Source: Malacoraja senta
Taxonomy: Eukaryota
Direction of reading: 5' to 3'
Assembly: GCA_038087875.1 (NCBI GenBank)
Contig: CM075984.1
Coordinates: 3,162,001-3,226,000 of the forward strand
DNA: 64,000 nt
Below are positions 59,313-64,000 of the stretch, in pieces. The first letter of the stretch is position 1, and the number at the start of each line of letters is the position of its first letter. A model generated the notes under the pieces. It saw only the letters and a list, made by a program, of their open reading frames with translations, had not been told where the DNA came from and made no database searches. The translations under genes were made by a program, and so were the position numbers.

Positions 59313-61597
59313 GCGATTTGAAACGTCCCGATCAGGTCAAATAGTCTGCAGATTAATAAACAAAAACAACGTTTCAAATTACCCATAGGGAATCGGCGAA
59401 CACAACTAAGGCTGTAAATAGGGTTGAAGAATGACATTGTAACGGATAATACTCAAGTCAAACTCACCCTAACGCGCGAGGGAGAAACATTTGGTTCAAT
59501 TTGAACTTTAGACTAAGAGCAGGAAGTGTTTATTAAATTTTACCTCTGATTCCGATCGCAACTTAAAACGACTTCTGAAACTTACGACTAGGTTATAAAA
59601 AAAGACGCCAGTTCGTATTGCAAGCGTGAAACAGGGAAGCCACACTATGAGTGCTGGAGTAACTCAGTGGGTCAGGCTTCATCTCTGGAGAACGTGGTTA
59701 GCTCTATCCATTGTTCTCCAGAGATGCTGCCCGAGCCGCTGAAATACTCCAGCATTTTGTTTTGTTGCAGTGCTTCTAAAATGTCAATCTTATCTAGATT
59801 CAGGATCTTATTTAACCGGCATCGCGACGTGTTTCGTAAATCAGCAAACCCAATCTGTCGAAGATAGACACAAAACGCTGGAGTAACTCAGCGGGAGAGG
59901 CAGCATCTTTGGAGAGAAGGAATGGGTGACGTTTCGGGTCCACCTTATTTCCTCTGATTATGTCTTCAGTCTTAACAGCACATCGTCAAATAACTAGCTT
60001 CTGTTATTTGTTTTGACGTCGTCACAATCTTACATTAATAATTGCAAAATAGATTTTAATTTGTTACAAGAAACGACGGGGACTTGACCAGTAGCAGTCT
60101 CGCTATTCGTCTTATAGTTGATAATGCATTTTACAATACTTATTTTTGTGTCTCTTTTAAAATATGGGGAAGGGAAATATCTCTGCTTCATACCGATTAT
60201 TACTTCAATACAATTTCCCGAATATGATAGTCATTGATTGTGTTATGTTAGCCACGGATATTACAACTCGCAGTACACTGGTGTGAAATTGTATAATACG
60301 CTGTACAGCAAAACTGGACCATGGGTTTAAGATCAAAGATTTGCGTGTAAATTCATATCTGATAGACACAAAATGGACCCTTCTTCAGACTCTCTCCTGT
60401 CCCGCTGAGTTAATCCAGCATTGTGCCGATCTTCGATTTAATCTAGCATCTGCAGTTCTTTCCTGCACATTTCATATGACAGATTACTGATAAAACAATG
60501 AGATCATTTCTTGCGAAATTCGAGATTAAGGTTAATTCCTAGATTTCATGGTTCTTTTCTATATAATAGAATTGTTCGCCAGCAACTTTGAAATCGGAAA
60601 CATGGTTTAGGAATTACCATGAATTTGGTTTCAATTGAATACAGAATTAAGAAACTGCGGGATAGTTTTCTATTCATCTATAGTTTTCTATGTCATTCAT
60701 CTTTGCGGTTTCACAGAATATGTACATTGCAATGAATTTGTGACGTTTCGTATCTATTTTAATATTTTGAAAGAAGGAATTGATTGCACAATTATATAGT
60801 TTGAAGCAATAAGCAAAGACGTGAGGATGTAAGAGAGCAATTATATATTCAATTAATAGGAGCGCAGGCAGAGGCAGAGTGTCGAAAAAGAGGGCACGAG
60901 TTTAAGGTGAGAAGAATGCATTTAAGGGGATTTGAAGGGAAATGTTTTTACACGGAGTTATTGATTCCATATCCCGCTAGGGTAATTTACAACCCAAGGG
61001 ATCTCCAGGTGGGGCATGAAGTCAGGCGTGCACATCACGAAATGGTCAGTGCAACGCACTCCCCAATCCAACAGTCAGAGACAATTCCACCCGTGGACGA
61101 TGCGGGGTGGGAGTTTATGCCTGTCAAGGGTAGGCTTAGTCAGTCACAGCAAGAAATGCAACCACAGATGAAACATTACCCTCTCCAAGGAAGGCACCGT
61201 CAAAGCCTATGTCTATTGCAGTGTCCCTGACTTCCCCCATCCTACAGCTGCACTCCTTTATCTGTTACATAATCAGCTATTTTAGGGCTAATTAATAAAT
61301 TACTCTGGGTGTTCGGCGCTCTTTTTCCCCCCTGACTCATCTACTTCCAGCCAGTACTAGCTCTCGCTGCTTCTGGTTGCTGCTTCTCTCCGACGTTCAC
61401 GGAAAACACTTGAACCGGGTCTTTGACGCTCTTTTACATCTTCTTTCCCTCTGATTTACCTACTTCCAGGGGATCATGACAGAAGCCTCTTCGTGGCGAT
61501 CCCCGGGAACAACGACACATGTTGGACGACGACGGAAGCCAACAGCCTGACACAAGAGCGAACGAACCTACTTCCAGCCAATACTAGCTCTTGCTGC

Positions 61598-61833
61598 TTA
61601 CTGGTGCTCCCCTAATTCCCCATTTCTTGGTGCCCTCCCCTAATTCCCCATTTACTGGTGCTCTCCCCTAATTCCCCATTTACTGGTGCGCTCCCCATAT
61701 CCCCATTTACTGGTGCCCTCCCCTAATTCCCCATTTACTGGGGGCCTCCCCTAATTCCCCACTTACTGGTGCCCTCCCCTAATTCCCCATTTACTGGTGC
61801 GCTCCCCTAATTCCCCATTTACTGGTGCCCTCC
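61598..61833. repeat. 28-bp minisatellite, ~8.5 copies
   Basis: Unit TTACTGGTGCCCTCCCCTAATTCCCCAT. Confidence 0.92.
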
Positions 61834-64000
61834 TGTATTGTTCTATTTTCTATGTAAAATCACCCTTCCCATTCCCAGGTTTAAAGCTGGGCTGCGATAT
61901 TTAAACTCACGCAGACAGGGAATTTTGGAACGGCACTGCGGCACAATAGTGGAGTTGCTGCCTAACAGCGCCAGAGATTAGTGCGGGTTTCACATGTTAT
62001 GGGGAGAAGGCAGGAGAATGGGGTTATGTGGGAGAGATAGATCAGCCATGATTGAATGGCGTAGACTTGATAGGTCGAATGGCCTCATTCTACTATCAGA
62101 TTTCGCTCTTAGGGCTAACGGAATCAGGGGAGATGGGGAGAAGGCAGGACGGGGTACTGATTTTGGATGATCAGCCATGATCATATTGAATGGCGGTGCT
62201 GGCTCGAAGGGCCAAATGGCCTACTCCTGCACCTGTTTTCTATGTTTCTAAAGCCACACCATCATCTCTCATGGATGGACGGATGTTAACCCCAAGGTAA
62301 CCTCTAACAACCTCTCTCTCCTCCCATTTCTTTCCCTTCCCTCGCCCGCACCCCACCCCACTGTGTCCCATCTAGACTCGCACCTCTTTCAGCCCTCCCC
62401 TCACCCACCCCCTCCTCCACCCACATTCCTTCCCTATGCTTCACAATCCTATCTTACAGACCATGCTTTAATCTCCAGTCTTTGCTCCAACCACCTGCCC
62501 CCTCGCCCGTGTCCATCTATTACCTGAGATAGACACAAAATGCTGGAGTAACTCAGAGGAACAGGCAGCATCTCTGGAGAGAAGGAATGGGTGAGTTTGG
62601 GAAACCCATTCCTTCCATCCAGCGATCAAAGTGCCGGAACAACTCGCTGAGTTACTCCAGCATTTTGTGTCTATCTTTGATTTAAAGCAGCATCTGCAGT
62701 TCCATCCACACCTATTACCTGCCACGCTTGATCCTCTCCCCCAGCTGAAACCGAAACGTCACCTATCCATGTTCTCCAGAGATGCTTCCTGCCTGAGTTA
62801 CTCCAGCATTTTGTGTCGAAAAGTGGAACTTGCTACGAAAAGTGGAATCTGATACAATCAGCAGGTTTGAGAGACTTTTAGAAAAAACACTTGAATAGGC
62901 AAGGCACAGAAGGATACGCATCTCATGTGGGGGAATGGGCTAAATGAGCCGAAAGGCATCGCGTCCATCTACGACATCCCGTACAATCGACGACAATTTA
63001 CTGTCACTACGCGACCCCAAAAACGCACAGTCAAGTATATACGTTTTCGGAAACATTATCCTTTAATAACTACTTCTTCAAACTTTAAATGTCACAGGTA
63101 GATGACATAGATACAAAGACAACAGGGCATTAATCTTGGATTTGAAGTTTGAAATTTCCAAACACTTTTTAATCAACTCGCACCGAACGATTAGTTCCAA
63201 AGGTTTTCGCCAGTTAACATTCCAATGCTCAATGGAATGCACACAATGCACACGATGGCTGCGTGCCATGGCAAATCTGATAGATTACTTTTTATAATTT
63301 GCCTCTATTTTCAGACCCAGGTTTCCCCAAATGTTCCAAGGGAAATGCTTAGCCACCCGGTTGTTGTTAGCGGTGTGTGAAAGTCATCCGTAGGATCTTC
63401 CAGTTTATTCATAATTATTACACATGATACTACGATGAATACTCCCGTGGCGAACATTTGCGGGTCGGATTTTCACCGCGGATAATGCCACTTGGAAAAT
63501 ATTGTGATCATTTATGGTTTTGCTACAATTGCCTGAAATGTCAAACCTGATCTTGTCCGATGAATTCCGGCACATTACAGAACGTTTGGAGAAAAGAAAT
63601 GGTGACGTTTCGGGTCGACACCCCACTTCAGACGTCACCCATTCCTTCTCTCCGGAGATACTGCCTGTCCCGCTGAGTTAGTTACTCCAGCATTTTGTGT
63701 CAATTTCGGTGTAAACCAGCATCTGTAGTTCCTTCCTACACATATATAATTTCAACAACTTTGCGTCTTGTAAAATCATCTGGCGATACATTTGACATAA
63801 ATGCGTTCATTCAGGTTGAAAAATACGTAGTGCCAAGGATACTACATAAAAATCATATTAGAATTCCCTTGGGAGATTATAATCAGTTTCATTACTCCCG
63901 AGAGTTCCATGAATTTGATTTTAAAAGCCAAACGACATTTCTCTCTTTGTAAACGAAACAATGTTAATATTAATTGGTGTGAGACAGGAGCAAATTTAAT

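Noticed and set aside
61598-61833. CRISPR-like array
   Set aside because: Contiguous tandem repeats with no unique spacers, in a vertebrate context.
63315-63393. possible + strand exon after a ttttcag acceptor
   Set aside because: All three frames stop within ~26 codons and none is recognisable; no partner exons found.

Overview
Vertebrate genomic DNA; the repeat families (CR1 LINEs with matching tRNA-SINEs, Penelope-derived palindromes) point to a cartilaginous fish, probably a skate or ray (inference). One protein-coding gene is supported: a divergent ADPRHL1/ARH2-like ADP-ribosylhydrolase-fold gene on the minus strand. Seven GT-AG exons (58983-16193) give a 352-aa short form whose stop codon lies inside the exon-7 donor. 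Splicing to a 2458-bp eighth exon (15328-12871) gives a 1170-aa long form. Intron 5 holds a three-level nest: a 5'-truncated L1 LINE inside a full-length Gmr1-type (integrase before RT) Gypsy LTR element, inside a short non-autonomous retroposon, each with a readable TSD. The most novel-looking signal is RNA-level. Two copies of a ~165-170-bp TSD-flanked retroposon (49106-49276, 53772-53936) start exactly at a 52-nt minimal HDV-like ribozyme fold, and their CpG-restored core matches the mammalian CPEB3 ribozyme core as recalled. More than 20 Penelope-derived palindromic elements carry minimal hammerhead cores, and an RTE-like bipartite element has a highly structured 5' end. Boundaries of old repeats are approximate. 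No database search was run; comparisons to human and other reference sequences are from memory.
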